In this document: positions 54,393 through 63,792 of the stretch, piece by piece
How the letters are laid out: each line of letters begins with the position of its first letter
Position numbering within the stretch: the first letter of the stretch is position 1
Origin: Candidatus Lustribacter sp.
Lineage (GTDB): Bacteria; Vulcanimicrobiota; Vulcanimicrobiia; Vulcanimicrobiales; Vulcanimicrobiaceae
Assembly (NCBI GenBank): GCA_965277805.1
Contig: OZ255842.1
Location: 256,001-320,000, forward strand
DNA length: 64,000 nt
Direction of reading: 5' to 3'
The notes under the pieces: generated by a model
The model's input: only the letters and a program-made list of their open reading frames with translations
Database searches by the model: none
What the model was told of the DNA's origin: nothing
Program-made: the position numbers and the translations under genes

Positions 54393-56443
54393 TGTGCTGC
54401 TCCGATCGTGACGATCATTTCGCCGCTGGGAGCGACGCGCATCTCATCGCCCGGGAAGAGAACGGTCGTCGACGCGTATTCCTGGATGACGGCCGGGCCG
54501 CTCACCTTCGCGCCCGGTCCGAGCCGCTCGCGGTCGTAGATCGCGCAGTCGATGCCCTCGAGCGAATCGTCGAAGATCACCTTGCGGTGCGCGATCAGCG
54601 CGTCCGTCGTAGCCGCCGGCAATTCGGGGAAACGCGAGCGTTCGCGTTTGCCGGTTGCGGTCAGGCGCACGTTGACGAGCTCCACTGCCTCGGTCGGCGC
54701 GTGGTGACCGAAGCGGCGATCGTGGATCTCATCGAACGCGCCCCGAATGGCGGTCATGTCGCCGCTCGCGATCGCCGCTTCGGGGATCGGCGTCTGAATC
54801 GGGAATTCCTGACCCACGTAGCGGATGTCGAGAAAGCGCTGGAATGCGATCGCTTCCGGTGCGGTGCCTTCGTTGAGCAGCAGTTCGCGCGCTTCGTCGA
54901 TCATGAACGTGAAGATCTTGCGCAGCTCATCGAAGTCGGTATCGGCCAGCGACTTGTAGTACGTGCGCACGTAGTCGTGGCGCAGATCCGACATCAGCAT
55001 GCCGAGCGCGGAGAAGTGCCCCGGCACGCGCGGGATGATCAGCGTAGGTACGTGCAGCTCGCGCGCGATTTGTGCTGAGTGCAGCGGACCCGCGCCGCCG
55101 AAGCCGACCATGGCGAAATCGCGCGGATCGTACCCGCGCTCGACCGATACGCCGCGCACGGCCAGCGACATCTCGGCGACCGCGATCTTGATGATCCCGA
55201 GGGCCGCGGCTTCGATCGAAAGATCGAGCGGTTCCGCGATCGTAGTGCGGATCGCTTCGCGCGCGCCCTCGACGTCTAGCGGCATCTCGCCGCCGAGAAA
55301 CCGGCTCGGACTGAGGCGTCCGAGAATGACGTTGGCATCGGTGACGGTCGGCGCGGTGCCGCCCTGTCCGTAGCACACGGGTCCGGGATGACCGCCTGCG
55401 CTGCGCGGGCCGACCTTGAGCGCGCCGACTTCGTCGATCCACGCGATGCTGCCGCCGCCCGTTCCGACTTCGATGATGTCGACGACCGGCAGCATGACCG
55501 GATGACCGCTCGCGAGGCCGCCGATGTAGTAGCCTTGCGCGATCGACGGTTCGCTGTTCTGCACGAGGCTGACTTTGGCGGTGGTGCCGCCCATGTCGAA
55601 GGCAAGCACGTTCTTGTAGCCGAGGTTGCCGCTGACTTCCGCCGCCGCGATGATGCCGCCGACCGGTCCCGACTCCATCATGTTGACCGGCACGCGTTTG
55701 GCCGTTTCCGGCGTCATCGTGCCGCCGTTGGACTGCATGATCAAGAGCCGGCCGTTGAAGCCGAACTCGCCGAGCAAGTTTTCCAGATCGCCGAGGTAGC
55801 GCTTCACGCGCGGCCCGACGTAGGCGTTGAGCACGGTCGTCGAGGTGCGCTCGTACTCGCGGTATTCGCGCAGGATCTCGTGCGAGAGCGAGCGGTAGAG
55901 CCCCGGCGCTTCGCGCGCGATGATCGCACCGACTTCCGCTTCGTGATCGGGGTTGGCCCACGAGTGCAAAAACACGACCGCGACCGACTCGATGTCGTCG
56001 GTGTTGAGCTGCTTTGCGACGCCGGTTGCGTTCTCGCGGTCGAGCACCGTGATCACTTCGCCGTCGGCGTTGAGGCGTTCGACGATCTCGAGCGTGTGGT
56101 GGCGCGGGACGTAGGGCACCGGCCGTTTGAAGAAGATGTTGTAGGCTTCTGGGCGGCTGCCGCGGCCGATCTTGTAGACGTCACGCATGCCTTCGGTTAC
56201 GACCAGCGCGGTTTTCGCGCCGGTGCGTTCGATCGCGGTATTGATCGCGACGGTCGAACCGTGAATGAACGTTTCAGCCGTTGCTAGGGGCAAACCGCTC
56301 TTCGCCAGCGTCTCACGAATGCCGACGGCGAGGTCGTACGGGGTCGTGGAGCTTTTGGCTTGATGGACCTCACCGGTGGCGAGATCGAACGCAACCAAGT
56401 CGGTGAACGTGCCGCCGATATCGAGCGCGAGAACGAGTGACAA
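54389..56443 (-). CDS. Hydantoinase A / oxoprolinase family subunit
   Basis: DIGGTFTD, HGSTVAIN, EYERTSTT, SGPVGG, DMGGTT and FGGAGPLH motifs; TTG 56443 with AGGAG SD. Confidence 0.93.
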   Translation of the reverse strand: MSLVLALDIGGTFTDLVAFDLATGEVHQAKSSTTPYDLAVGIRETLAKSGLPLATAETFIHGSTVAINTAIERTGAKTALVVTEGMRDVYKIGRGSRPEAYNIFFKRPVPYVPRHHTLEIVERLNADGEVITVLDRENATGVAKQLNTDDIESVAVVFLHSWANPDHEAEVGAIIAREAPGLYRSLSHEILREYREYERTSTTVLNAYVGPRVKRYLGDLENLLGEFGFNGRLLIMQSNGGTMTPETAKRVPVNMMESGPVGGIIAAAEVSGNLGYKNVLAFDMGGTTAKVSLVQNSEPSIAQGYYIGGLASGHPVMLPVVDIIEVGTGGGSIAWIDEVGALKVGPRSAGGHPGPVCYGQGGTAPTVTDANVILGRLSPSRFLGGEMPLDVEGAREAIRTTIAEPLDLSIEAAALGIIKIAVAEMSLAVRGVSVERGYDPRDFAMVGFGGAGPLHSAQIARELHVPTLIIPRVPGHFSALGMLMSDLRHDYVRTYYKSLADTDFDELRKIFTFMIDEARELLLNEGTAPEAIAFQRFLDIRYVGQEFPIQTPIPEAAIASGDMTAIRGAFDEIHDRRFGHHAPTEAVELVNVRLTATGKRERSRFPELPAATTDALIAHRKVIFDDSLEGIDCAIYDRERLGPGAKVSGPAVIQEYASTTVLFPGDEMRVAPSGEMIVTIGAAQ

Positions 56444-56451
56444 AGAATCTC

Positions 56452-57510
56452 CTAGAACGTCGGGGCGACGATGAACGCGCCGGGTTTGCCGGCGCCGGAA
56501 GCGACGGCGGGCGCGCCGAGCAGGATCGGGGTGCCGTCGACGACCGTGACCGCTTGCACGGTGACGATGCCGCCGGCCGGGATGGCGAGCGCGTGCGGCA
56601 CGGCGGAGCCGGCCATCGCCTCGAGCGGCTGGGCCGCGCGCGCGCCTTCGATCAGATACGAATCCATTGCGACGAACTTGTTGAGGATCGGCAAATCGGC
56701 GACGGCGGCGGCGAACTGCTCCGTCGCTTTGACGACGAGGCCCGAGGTGTCGTTGCGCACGACGGTGCGAACCATGCGTACCCACGTTCCCTTATATGCG
56801 ACCGTCGCGCGCACCGCGAACTCATCCGCGAGGTCGGCGCCGCCCTCGAGCCGCATTAGACGGCGATCCTTGCGCGCGTTGACGGCGATGGCAACGTACG
56901 ACTCTTCGGCGCCAAGCCGGCGCGCTTCGAGATCGACTGCCGCGACGACCGCCGTGGCGTCGGTGGCCTCGGCATCGAACGCGGCCAGCGCGTCGTGGGC
57001 GAAGCCGGCGGCGATCCGCGCGAGGGCGCCACTCGCCGCATCACCGGCGGCGCGCGCCGTAACGAACGCGTCGGTCGCGTCGACGAGCTTCGCCCCGACC
57101 GTCTTCAGCGCGATACCGACGGCGGCCGGAACTTGATCGAGTTCGACCACGCCGATCGTGGCGCCCGACGGCAGCGCGTCCTTGAGTACGCGCGCGGTTT
57201 CGGTGCCGATCTTGGGCGAGAACAGCAAGTTCTCGCTGTAGGTCGTCGATTGAATCCACGGTTTGCCGCGCGGCGATACGGCGGAAACCATCGAGAGCGG
57301 GCCCTCCTTCGGCACGACCAGCGCGCACTCGGACCAGTACGGAATGAACGAGCAAAGCCACGAGACGGCCGAGGGCCGGGTAAAGTTCGTGTAGGCGACG
57401 AGCGTATCGATGTTGGAGGCGGCCATGGCCGTGCGCATCGCGGCGATGCGCGAATCAAAAACGCTTTCGGGAAGTTCGGTCTTCGACCACTCGATCAATC
57501 CGCGGCGCAT
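56452..57510 (-). CDS. Creatinase-N / degenerate M24-fold protein
   Basis: MRRGLIEWSKTELP..F..RI N-domain; C-domain keeps only remnants (YKGTWVRMVRT); TGATG coupling to the M24 gene. Confidence 0.7.
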   Translation of the reverse strand: MRRGLIEWSKTELPESVFDSRIAAMRTAMAASNIDTLVAYTNFTRPSAVSWLCSFIPYWSECALVVPKEGPLSMVSAVSPRGKPWIQSTTYSENLLFSPKIGTETARVLKDALPSGATIGVVELDQVPAAVGIALKTVGAKLVDATDAFVTARAAGDAASGALARIAAGFAHDALAAFDAEATDATAVVAAVDLEARRLGAEESYVAIAVNARKDRRLMRLEGGADLADEFAVRATVAYKGTWVRMVRTVVRNDTSGLVVKATEQFAAAVADLPILNKFVAMDSYLIEGARAAQPLEAMAGSAVPHALAIPAGGIVTVQAVTVVDGTPILLGAPAVASGAGKPGAFIVAPTF

Positions 57511-58616
57511 CAGGCAGCTCCGTCGAAGAGCACGCGCGGCGTGGTCGTGAAGACCTCGCAGCCCGTTTCGGTGACCGTGACCGAATCGCCCAGCATCATG
57601 TAGCCGACGTTCGGGTTGTAGGTGTTGGGATGCACGACGAACGTCATGCCGGGCCGCAGCTCGATCTGCACGTCCTCGAGAATGTGCGGTTTCGAATCGG
57701 CAAAGAGCCCGAGCCCGTGTCCGCGCACGCGCGTGTAGGCGCTCGTGACGTATTCGCCCATATCGTATTTGCGGAACACGTCGTTCTCGGCTTTCGCCAC
57801 GTCGGAGGCGCGCGCGCCGGGCTTTACCGCGGCGATGCCGGCCTCGAGCGCTTCGATATAGATGTCGTAGGCGCGCTTTTGCGCGTCGGAGGCCTTGCCC
57901 ACGACCAGCGTGCGGCAGATCTGCGCGTAATAGCCTTCGATCGACGGCGTCAATTCGGTGATGACGTTGTCGCCCTTCGCGAGCTTGCGGTTCGACGGCG
58001 GCGTGACGCTGTAAATGTCGGTGCCGCCGGAGCCGATCAGCATGAAGTTGTCGGCGACGCCGCGGCTGCGCAGCCACGACTCGGTTTCGGCCACGACTTC
58101 GAACTGCTTGCGGCCCTCTTGCGCCGCCTGGCGAAAGATGACGTAGGCTTCATCGGCGGTTTGCGCCGCTTTGCGCACGCGGTCGACTTCGGCCGGCGTC
58201 TTGTGCATCAGGCACAGATCGACCATCGGCGTGCCGTCTTCGATCGTGCCGGGCGCGTTTTCGATGAGCGAGAACGGCACGAATCCGAGCGGCGCTGCGG
58301 CCATGCGCACCTTGCCGCGTGCCTTGAGGTCGGCGGCGACGTCGCGGCCGATCTGCTGGCTGAAGCGAACTTCGATGCCGCTGGTCTCGGCCGTCGCGCG
58401 ATCGATTTCACTCGCGCTGTCGAGATAGAGGCGGCACGTGCCGTCTTGCGTGAGCACGGCCATGCCGTGGCCTTCGAGGATCGGGAAATCGCTGACGTAC
58501 ATCAGGTAGTCGCCCTGCCAGGCGTTGCCGTAGGCGACCAGCACCTCGATGCTGTTGGCGGTCATCGCCGCGGCGAGTTTGGTGCGGCGTTCTTTGCCGA
58601 GCGTTGTCGTTTTCAA
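57510..58616 (-). CDS. M24 (Xaa-Pro peptidase / creatinase-fold) hydrolase with atypical ligands
   Basis: HKTPAEV, ELTPSIEGYYAQICRT, GHGLG, VHPN and GDSV motifs. Confidence 0.87.
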   Translation of the reverse strand: MKTTTLGKERRTKLAAAMTANSIEVLVAYGNAWQGDYLMYVSDFPILEGHGMAVLTQDGTCRLYLDSASEIDRATAETSGIEVRFSQQIGRDVAADLKARGKVRMAAAPLGFVPFSLIENAPGTIEDGTPMVDLCLMHKTPAEVDRVRKAAQTADEAYVIFRQAAQEGRKQFEVVAETESWLRSRGVADNFMLIGSGGTDIYSVTPPSNRKLAKGDNVITELTPSIEGYYAQICRTLVVGKASDAQKRAYDIYIEALEAGIAAVKPGARASDVAKAENDVFRKYDMGEYVTSAYTRVRGHGLGLFADSKPHILEDVQIELRPGMTFVVHPNTYNPNVGYMMLGDSVTVTETGCEVFTTTPRVLFDGAA

Positions 58617-58617
58617 A

Positions 58618-59598
58618 TCAGACCTTTACCGGCACAAAGCGGGTGGTATACATATTTTTCGGGTCGAGCGGTTGATCGTACATGCCGAGATCCGCGACCG
58701 ACTTGCGCACTTCGTCGAGCGCGGCTTGCGTGAACGCGCCGTCGCTCGACATCATGGTCATATCGGCCGCGTACGACTTGTCGACGACGGCCGGGTCGAC
58801 TTCCAGCACGCGCGCCACCGTCTTGATCGCGGCTTCTTTGTTCTTGCGCATGTAGGCGACGGTGGTGAACCAGCCTTTAAGGAAGCGTTGCAGCACTTGC
58901 GGCCGCTGCGCGACGACGTTGTCGTGCGCGAAGATCACGTGCGTGTCGAAGTTCTTGACGATATCGCCGAACAGCGTGAGGATCGTGCCCTTACCGACGC
59001 GTTCGATTTCGTAGGCTTCGGTGAGGTCGTGCACGGACGCCGCGATCTGGCCCGTGCCGAGCGCGCTGATGCGCGTCTCCATCGCGCCGAGCGGCAAGAT
59101 CGTGACGCCCTCGGGTCCCCAGCCTTGACCGGCCGAGATCTGGCGCGCGAGCCAGTCGGTCAGCGAGCCGGCCGTCGTGACGCCGACGCTCTTGCCTTTG
59201 AGCGCCGCGATCGTTTTGATCGGGCTGCCCTTGGCGACGACGAGCGCCATATCGAGCGGGCGCCCGGCCATCACCGCCACGGCGATCGAGGGAACGCCCT
59301 TCGAGCGGTACGCCATCGACGGCCCCGAGCCGAGCCCGATGTCGATGGTGCCGGCGGTCATGCCTTGCTGCACTTGGGCGTCGCCCTTGAAGGCGATGCT
59401 GTTGATGTCGAGGTTGAGCGACTTCCAGATCCCGGCGTCCATACCGACTTCGAGCGCGGCGAACGGGAACGACGAGAACACCGCCTTACCCACGTTCAAC
59501 TTATCGGGCGCACCCTGGGCGAATGCCGGGCGAGCGGCCGCCAGCACCAGCGCTGCGCTTCCGGCCAATACCTCGCGGCGCGAGAAGACATCAGTCAT
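58618..59598 (-). CDS. ABC substrate-binding protein, NMT1/TauA type (TAT leader)
   Basis: SRREVL leader; LKGKSVGVTTAGSLT motif. Confidence 0.9.
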   Translation of the reverse strand: MTDVFSRREVLAGSAALVLAAARPAFAQGAPDKLNVGKAVFSSFPFAALEVGMDAGIWKSLNLDINSIAFKGDAQVQQGMTAGTIDIGLGSGPSMAYRSKGVPSIAVAVMAGRPLDMALVVAKGSPIKTIAALKGKSVGVTTAGSLTDWLARQISAGQGWGPEGVTILPLGAMETRISALGTGQIAASVHDLTEAYEIERVGKGTILTLFGDIVKNFDTHVIFAHDNVVAQRPQVLQRFLKGWFTTVAYMRKNKEAAIKTVARVLEVDPAVVDKSYAADMTMMSSDGAFTQAALDEVRKSVADLGMYDQPLDPKNMYTTRFVPVKV

Positions 59599-59623
59599 TG
59601 AAACTCGGCTCCTTACAACATCG

Positions 59624-59640
59624 ATTTACTATTAGTAAAT
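59624..59640. promoter_or_regulatory. AT-rich inverted repeat, probable repressor operator
   Basis: ATTTACTA-T-TAGTAAAT with perfect 8-bp arms in the divergent intergenic region. Confidence 0.6.
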
Positions 59641-59718
59641 GAGGTTTATCAGTGCGGCGTGGGGAAGATGGTTTCCGACGACTTTCTGCCCGCTCCTGTC
59701 ATCGTAAGGAGGCCCCGC

Positions 59719-60741
59719 ATGCGCATCATCGACTCTCATTTTCACTGGTGGCCGCGTTCCGTTTGGGACGCGTTGTGCAAGCGCAAGGGCTACCCGCGCG
59801 CGGAGGCCGACGGCAAAGGCGGTTACCGCTATTTTCCGACGCCGGGCAAAGAGAATTCATCGCTCGGCCCGTGGCCCGCGTGGTTCGATCTCGACGAGCA
59901 GTTCGAACACATGGACAACCTTGGCCACTACATCGAAGCGTTCGGCTCGATCGGACCGTTCTCGGTGCACTTCTCGTACCTGCCGAAAACGGAAGGTAAA
60001 GAAGCCGCAATTCATTGGAACGAAGAGATGGCCGGCGCGATGAAGTCGCATCCGGGCCGCTTCTGGGCCAGCGCCGCGGTGCCGTTCGTCGACACCGCGA
60101 CCGCGCTCGAAGTGCTCGAAGATGCCGTCGGGCGTCTCGGTTTGATGGGCGTGAACTTGCCCGGTAGCGTCGGCGCCGATCCGCGTATCGATGCCGAACG
60201 GCTCGAACCGTTTTACGATCGCGTCGAACAACTCGGCCTGCCGCTGTTTTTGCACCCGACCGACGCGGTGTTCGCCGACATGCTCTCCGACGGTTACGGC
60301 GGCGCGCTGCACCTGAGCCTCGGCCGCGTGGTCGAAGTCAGCGTCGCGGCAATGCGCCTCGTGTTCTCGGGCGTGATGGAACGTCATCCGAACCTCAAGC
60401 TCGTGATGTCGCATACCGGCGGCGCGCTGCCGTATCAGGCCGGGCGCATGGACAAAAACGGCAAGAAGGCCAATCTGCCGCACCAGCCCAGCGAGTACAT
60501 CAAGCGCTTCTACACCGACACCGTCACGCCGCACTCGCTCGGCATGCGCTACGCCGTCGAGTTCTTCGGCGCCGATCACGTGATGTACGGCACCGACTAC
60601 CCCTGCTGGAGCCCGGCCGACGCGCTGCGCTTCTTCGCGGAGTGCGGTTTCTCGGAAGAAGTGCAGGCGAAGATCTTTGCCGGTAACGCGGAACGGATCT
60701 TGGGCATCCCGGCCCGTACTCCCGAACTCGTCCTGTCCTAA
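59719..60741 (+). CDS. Amidohydrolase_2 family protein (ACMSD-like decarboxylase/hydratase)
   Basis: IIDSHFH, FLHPT, SHTGGALPYQAGR and YGTDYP motifs; AAGGAGG SD. Confidence 0.92.
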   Translation: MRIIDSHFHWWPRSVWDALCKRKGYPRAEADGKGGYRYFPTPGKENSSLGPWPAWFDLDEQFEHMDNLGHYIEAFGSIGPFSVHFSYLPKTEGKEAAIHWNEEMAGAMKSHPGRFWASAAVPFVDTATALEVLEDAVGRLGLMGVNLPGSVGADPRIDAERLEPFYDRVEQLGLPLFLHPTDAVFADMLSDGYGGALHLSLGRVVEVSVAAMRLVFSGVMERHPNLKLVMSHTGGALPYQAGRMDKNGKKANLPHQPSEYIKRFYTDTVTPHSLGMRYAVEFFGADHVMYGTDYPCWSPADALRFFAECGFSEEVQAKIFAGNAERILGIPARTPELVLS

Positions 60742-62198
60742 CGGCTCAATACGCGGCGAGCGCCGCGCGCATTCTCGATACCGCGAGTAGCGCCGGCGCT
60801 CAGTACGCGGACGTCCAGTTCTGGACGGTCCGCCAGGAAGACGTCGCGGTCCGCAACGGCGACGTGCGCGACGCCTCCGACGTTTCGTCGGCCGGCTACG
60901 CCGTGCGCGCGCTGGTCGACGGCAGTTGGGGATTCTTCGGCAGCGACCGTTTCGACGGCGCTGCCTTTGACGTCGCGGCTGCGCGTGCGACCGCACTCGC
61001 GAAATCCGGCACGAAGGTTGCCGATCGCATCTTCGGTATTGCGCCGCAAGAGAAGATCGTGGCTCATTACGAGACGCCGATGACGAAGGATCCGGCGAGC
61101 GTCGGCCTTAGCGCGCGAGCCGACATGCTGCTCGCGGCCGAGCATGCCGGGCACGTGGCGAAGAGCGTGATCGCGGGTTTCGCGTTCATGACGATCTGGA
61201 CGACCGCGAAAGAGTTCTACTCGACGACCGGCAGCGCGATCACGCAAGTCTTGCGGCAAGCGGGCGCGGGCTGCGGCGTTTCGGCGCTGGGCCGCGATAA
61301 AGATGTCCAAACGCGCGGCGGTCCGGGCGACTTCGCACTTTTTCAGGGCGGGGGCTACGAGGTCGTCGAGCGCGCGGGCTTACACGCGCTCATGCCGGAG
61401 TACGGTCGCGAAGCGGTGCTGCTCGCAAATGCACCGCCGTTGCCGTCGGGCGTGCGCGATCTGGTGCTGGATAGCGGCGTGCTGAATTTGCAGCTGCACG
61501 AGTCGGTGGGTCATCCGCTCGAGCTCGATCGTTCGCTCGGGTGGGAAGCGAATTTTTCGGGCGTATCGTGGGCCACGCCGGATCAAATCGGCAAACTGCG
61601 CTACGGCAGCGACTTGATGAACGTCTACGCGGACAACGCGCTGCCGCTCGGCATGGCGACGGTCGGCTACGACGACGAAGCGGTGAAGCCGGCGCGTGTG
61701 CCCTTGATCGAGCGCGGCATCTTGCGGGCCTTTCTCACCTCGCGCGACACGGCGGCGCAAACCGGCCTCGTGCAAACGGCGTCGACGCGAGCGCAAGATT
61801 GGTCGTGCGTGCCGATGGTGCGCATCACCAACATCGTGCTCGCCCCGCACGAGGGTACGCTGGCCTCGATCATCGCCGACACCAAGGACGGCGTGTATGT
61901 CGCCGGTATGCGCTCGTGGTCGATCGACGATCACCGGTTGAACTTTCAGTTCGGGCCTCAGATCGGCTACGAGATCAAGAACGGCAAACGCGGCAAAATC
62001 TTCAAGCAACCCACTTACACCGGGGTCACACCGCATTTCTGGAACTCGCTGGACCGCGTGAGCGGTCCCGAGGATTTCGTCGTATGGGGAACGCCGAATT
62101 GCGGCAAGGGTGAGCCCGAGCAGATCGCGCGCACGACACAGGCCTGCAGCGCAGGGCGCTTTCGCGGCGTCACGGTCGGGGTGAAGAGCGATGCGTGA
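60741..62198 (+). CDS. tldD: TldD family metalloprotease (start uncertain)
   Basis: GAQYADV...VRNG...RALVDGSWGF, LHESVGHPLELD, YDDE and CGKGEP motifs; conserved N-terminus lies upstream of the first canonical start (GTG 60864). Confidence 0.9.
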   Translation, partial: TAQYAASAARILDTASSAGAQYADVQFWTVRQEDVAVRNGDVRDASDVSSAGYAVRALVDGSWGFFGSDRFDGAAFDVAAARATALAKSGTKVADRIFGIAPQEKIVAHYETPMTKDPASVGLSARADMLLAAEHAGHVAKSVIAGFAFMTIWTTAKEFYSTTGSAITQVLRQAGAGCGVSALGRDKDVQTRGGPGDFALFQGGGYEVVERAGLHALMPEYGREAVLLANAPPLPSGVRDLVLDSGVLNLQLHESVGHPLELDRSLGWEANFSGVSWATPDQIGKLRYGSDLMNVYADNALPLGMATVGYDDEAVKPARVPLIERGILRAFLTSRDTAAQTGLVQTASTRAQDWSCVPMVRITNIVLAPHEGTLASIIADTKDGVYVAGMRSWSIDDHRLNFQFGPQIGYEIKNGKRGKIFKQPTYTGVTPHFWNSLDRVSGPEDFVVWGTPNCGKGEPEQIARTTQACSAGRFRGVTVGVKSDA

Positions 62199-63522
62199 TC
62201 AGGATCGCGCGCTCTCGCTCGCCGAAACGGTGCTCAAAGCGGCCGCCGCAGCCGACCAGGCGCAGGTGACCGTGGCCATCAGCGATGCGTCCTATGCGCG
62301 ATTCGCGCGCAACTACGTGATCCAAAACCTCGATGCGGTATCGACCCAGATCACGCTGACGTATTACGTCGGAAAGAAGTCGGCGTCGATTTCGACCGAC
62401 GACGCGAGCCCGGCCTCGATCCGGCGCGTCGTCGCCGAAGCGCGCGACATCGCGCATCGCGTGCCGCCGGACAGCGGCTTCGTCTCGCTGCCGAAAGCCG
62501 CGCCGGTCGCGCACCCGGGCCACGGCTACTTCGATGCGACGGCCGGCGCGACGCCGGACGACCGGGTCGAGCAACTGCTGCCGGTGTTCGCGCGGCTGAA
62601 ATCCGCGCAGCTCTCGTCGTCCGGCTTCATGACGACGCAGACGAACACGTCCGCCGTCGCCAACTCGCTCGGCGTGCGCGCCGCGTACACCGGCACGATG
62701 AGCGGATTGCAACTGAAGGCCATCGCGCCCAAAACGAGCGGCTTCGCGACGTTCTACTCGCCCGACTTCGCGCGCATGGATGCCGCCGGCGTGAGCGAGC
62801 GCGCGGCGGCCAAGGCGTCCTTCTCGCTCGAACCGGCCACGTTCGCGCCGGGCAACTACACCGTGCTGCTCGAGCCGAGCGCCTTCGCAGCGGCGCTCAA
62901 AGCGCTCACCGAAGGTATGGGTGCCGACAACGTACTCGAGGACAAGGACTCATGGATGGTCGGTCGGATCGGCAAGCGCGTGTTTTCACCGCACTTCACG
63001 CTGCGCGACGATTGGAGTCATCCGCTGTTCGCGAATCCGCCCTTCAACGTCAACGACGGCGCGGCGACGAAGAAGGTCACGCTGATCGATCGCGGTGTCG
63101 CCGAACACTACGTCACGAGCACCTATAGCGCGAACAAATACCACGTTCCGGGCACCGGTCACGCGAACTTTCCCAATAGTTGTATCGTCGAGCCCGGCCC
63201 CCGTTCGCGCGAAGCGCTTATCGCGTCGATCGAGCGCGGCATCCTGATCACGCGCACGTGGTACGAGCGAGTCGTCGATCCGCGCCGGGCGTCGATCACC
63301 GGCATCACGCGCGACGGCGTCTATCTGATCGAGAACGGCAAGCTGACCAAAACGCTGAAAAATTTCCGTTACTTTGTCTCGATGGTCGACGTGCTCAAAG
63401 ACGTGGAGTTCTCCGACACCCAGGAATTGACCGAACCCGACTCCGACACGAACACGTCCTCGGTGCTGCCGGCGGCGAAGATCGCCAACTACCACCTCGC
63501 CGCCCAAACGTCATTCGCATGA
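62191..63522 (+). CDS. pmbA: TldE/PmbA family protein
   Basis: RFARNYVIQN, PGNYTVLLEP, TGITRDGVYLIENG and NFRY motifs; no HExxxH; follows tldD. Confidence 0.85.
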   Translation: MRDQDRALSLAETVLKAAAAADQAQVTVAISDASYARFARNYVIQNLDAVSTQITLTYYVGKKSASISTDDASPASIRRVVAEARDIAHRVPPDSGFVSLPKAAPVAHPGHGYFDATAGATPDDRVEQLLPVFARLKSAQLSSSGFMTTQTNTSAVANSLGVRAAYTGTMSGLQLKAIAPKTSGFATFYSPDFARMDAAGVSERAAAKASFSLEPATFAPGNYTVLLEPSAFAAALKALTEGMGADNVLEDKDSWMVGRIGKRVFSPHFTLRDDWSHPLFANPPFNVNDGAATKKVTLIDRGVAEHYVTSTYSANKYHVPGTGHANFPNSCIVEPGPRSREALIASIERGILITRTWYERVVDPRRASITGITRDGVYLIENGKLTKTLKNFRYFVSMVDVLKDVEFSDTQELTEPDSDTNTSSVLPAAKIANYHLAAQTSFA

Positions 63523-63689
63523 AGCGCGCCCTCTTTCTCGTCTCCCTCGCGGCTGCCGCCGTAACGTTCACCACACTTCGCGCCGCGCGCACCCGCAACG
63601 CCCGCCTCTCCCACGGCACACTCGCCGGCCAATGCACCAACCACCACCGCGGACGTTGGTCAAGCTACACCGCCGCGGACTTCAGCTAA
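63519..63689 (+). CDS. Small hypothetical protein (56 aa) with signal/anchor-like N-terminus
   Basis: ATGA overlap with the tldE stop; MKRALFLVSLAAAAVTFTTLRAARTRNARLSHGTLAGQCTNHHRGRWSSYTAADFS. Confidence 0.5.
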   Translation: MKRALFLVSLAAAAVTFTTLRAARTRNARLSHGTLAGQCTNHHRGRWSSYTAADFS

Positions 63690-63792
63690 CGAGTTTCATT
63701 GAGTTAGGGATTATTGAAGAACATACGCCTCGGCCCTACGGCCATCGGCTTCGCACGCCAACGTTAACGTCGCGGTCATCGCCCGTCACCGG

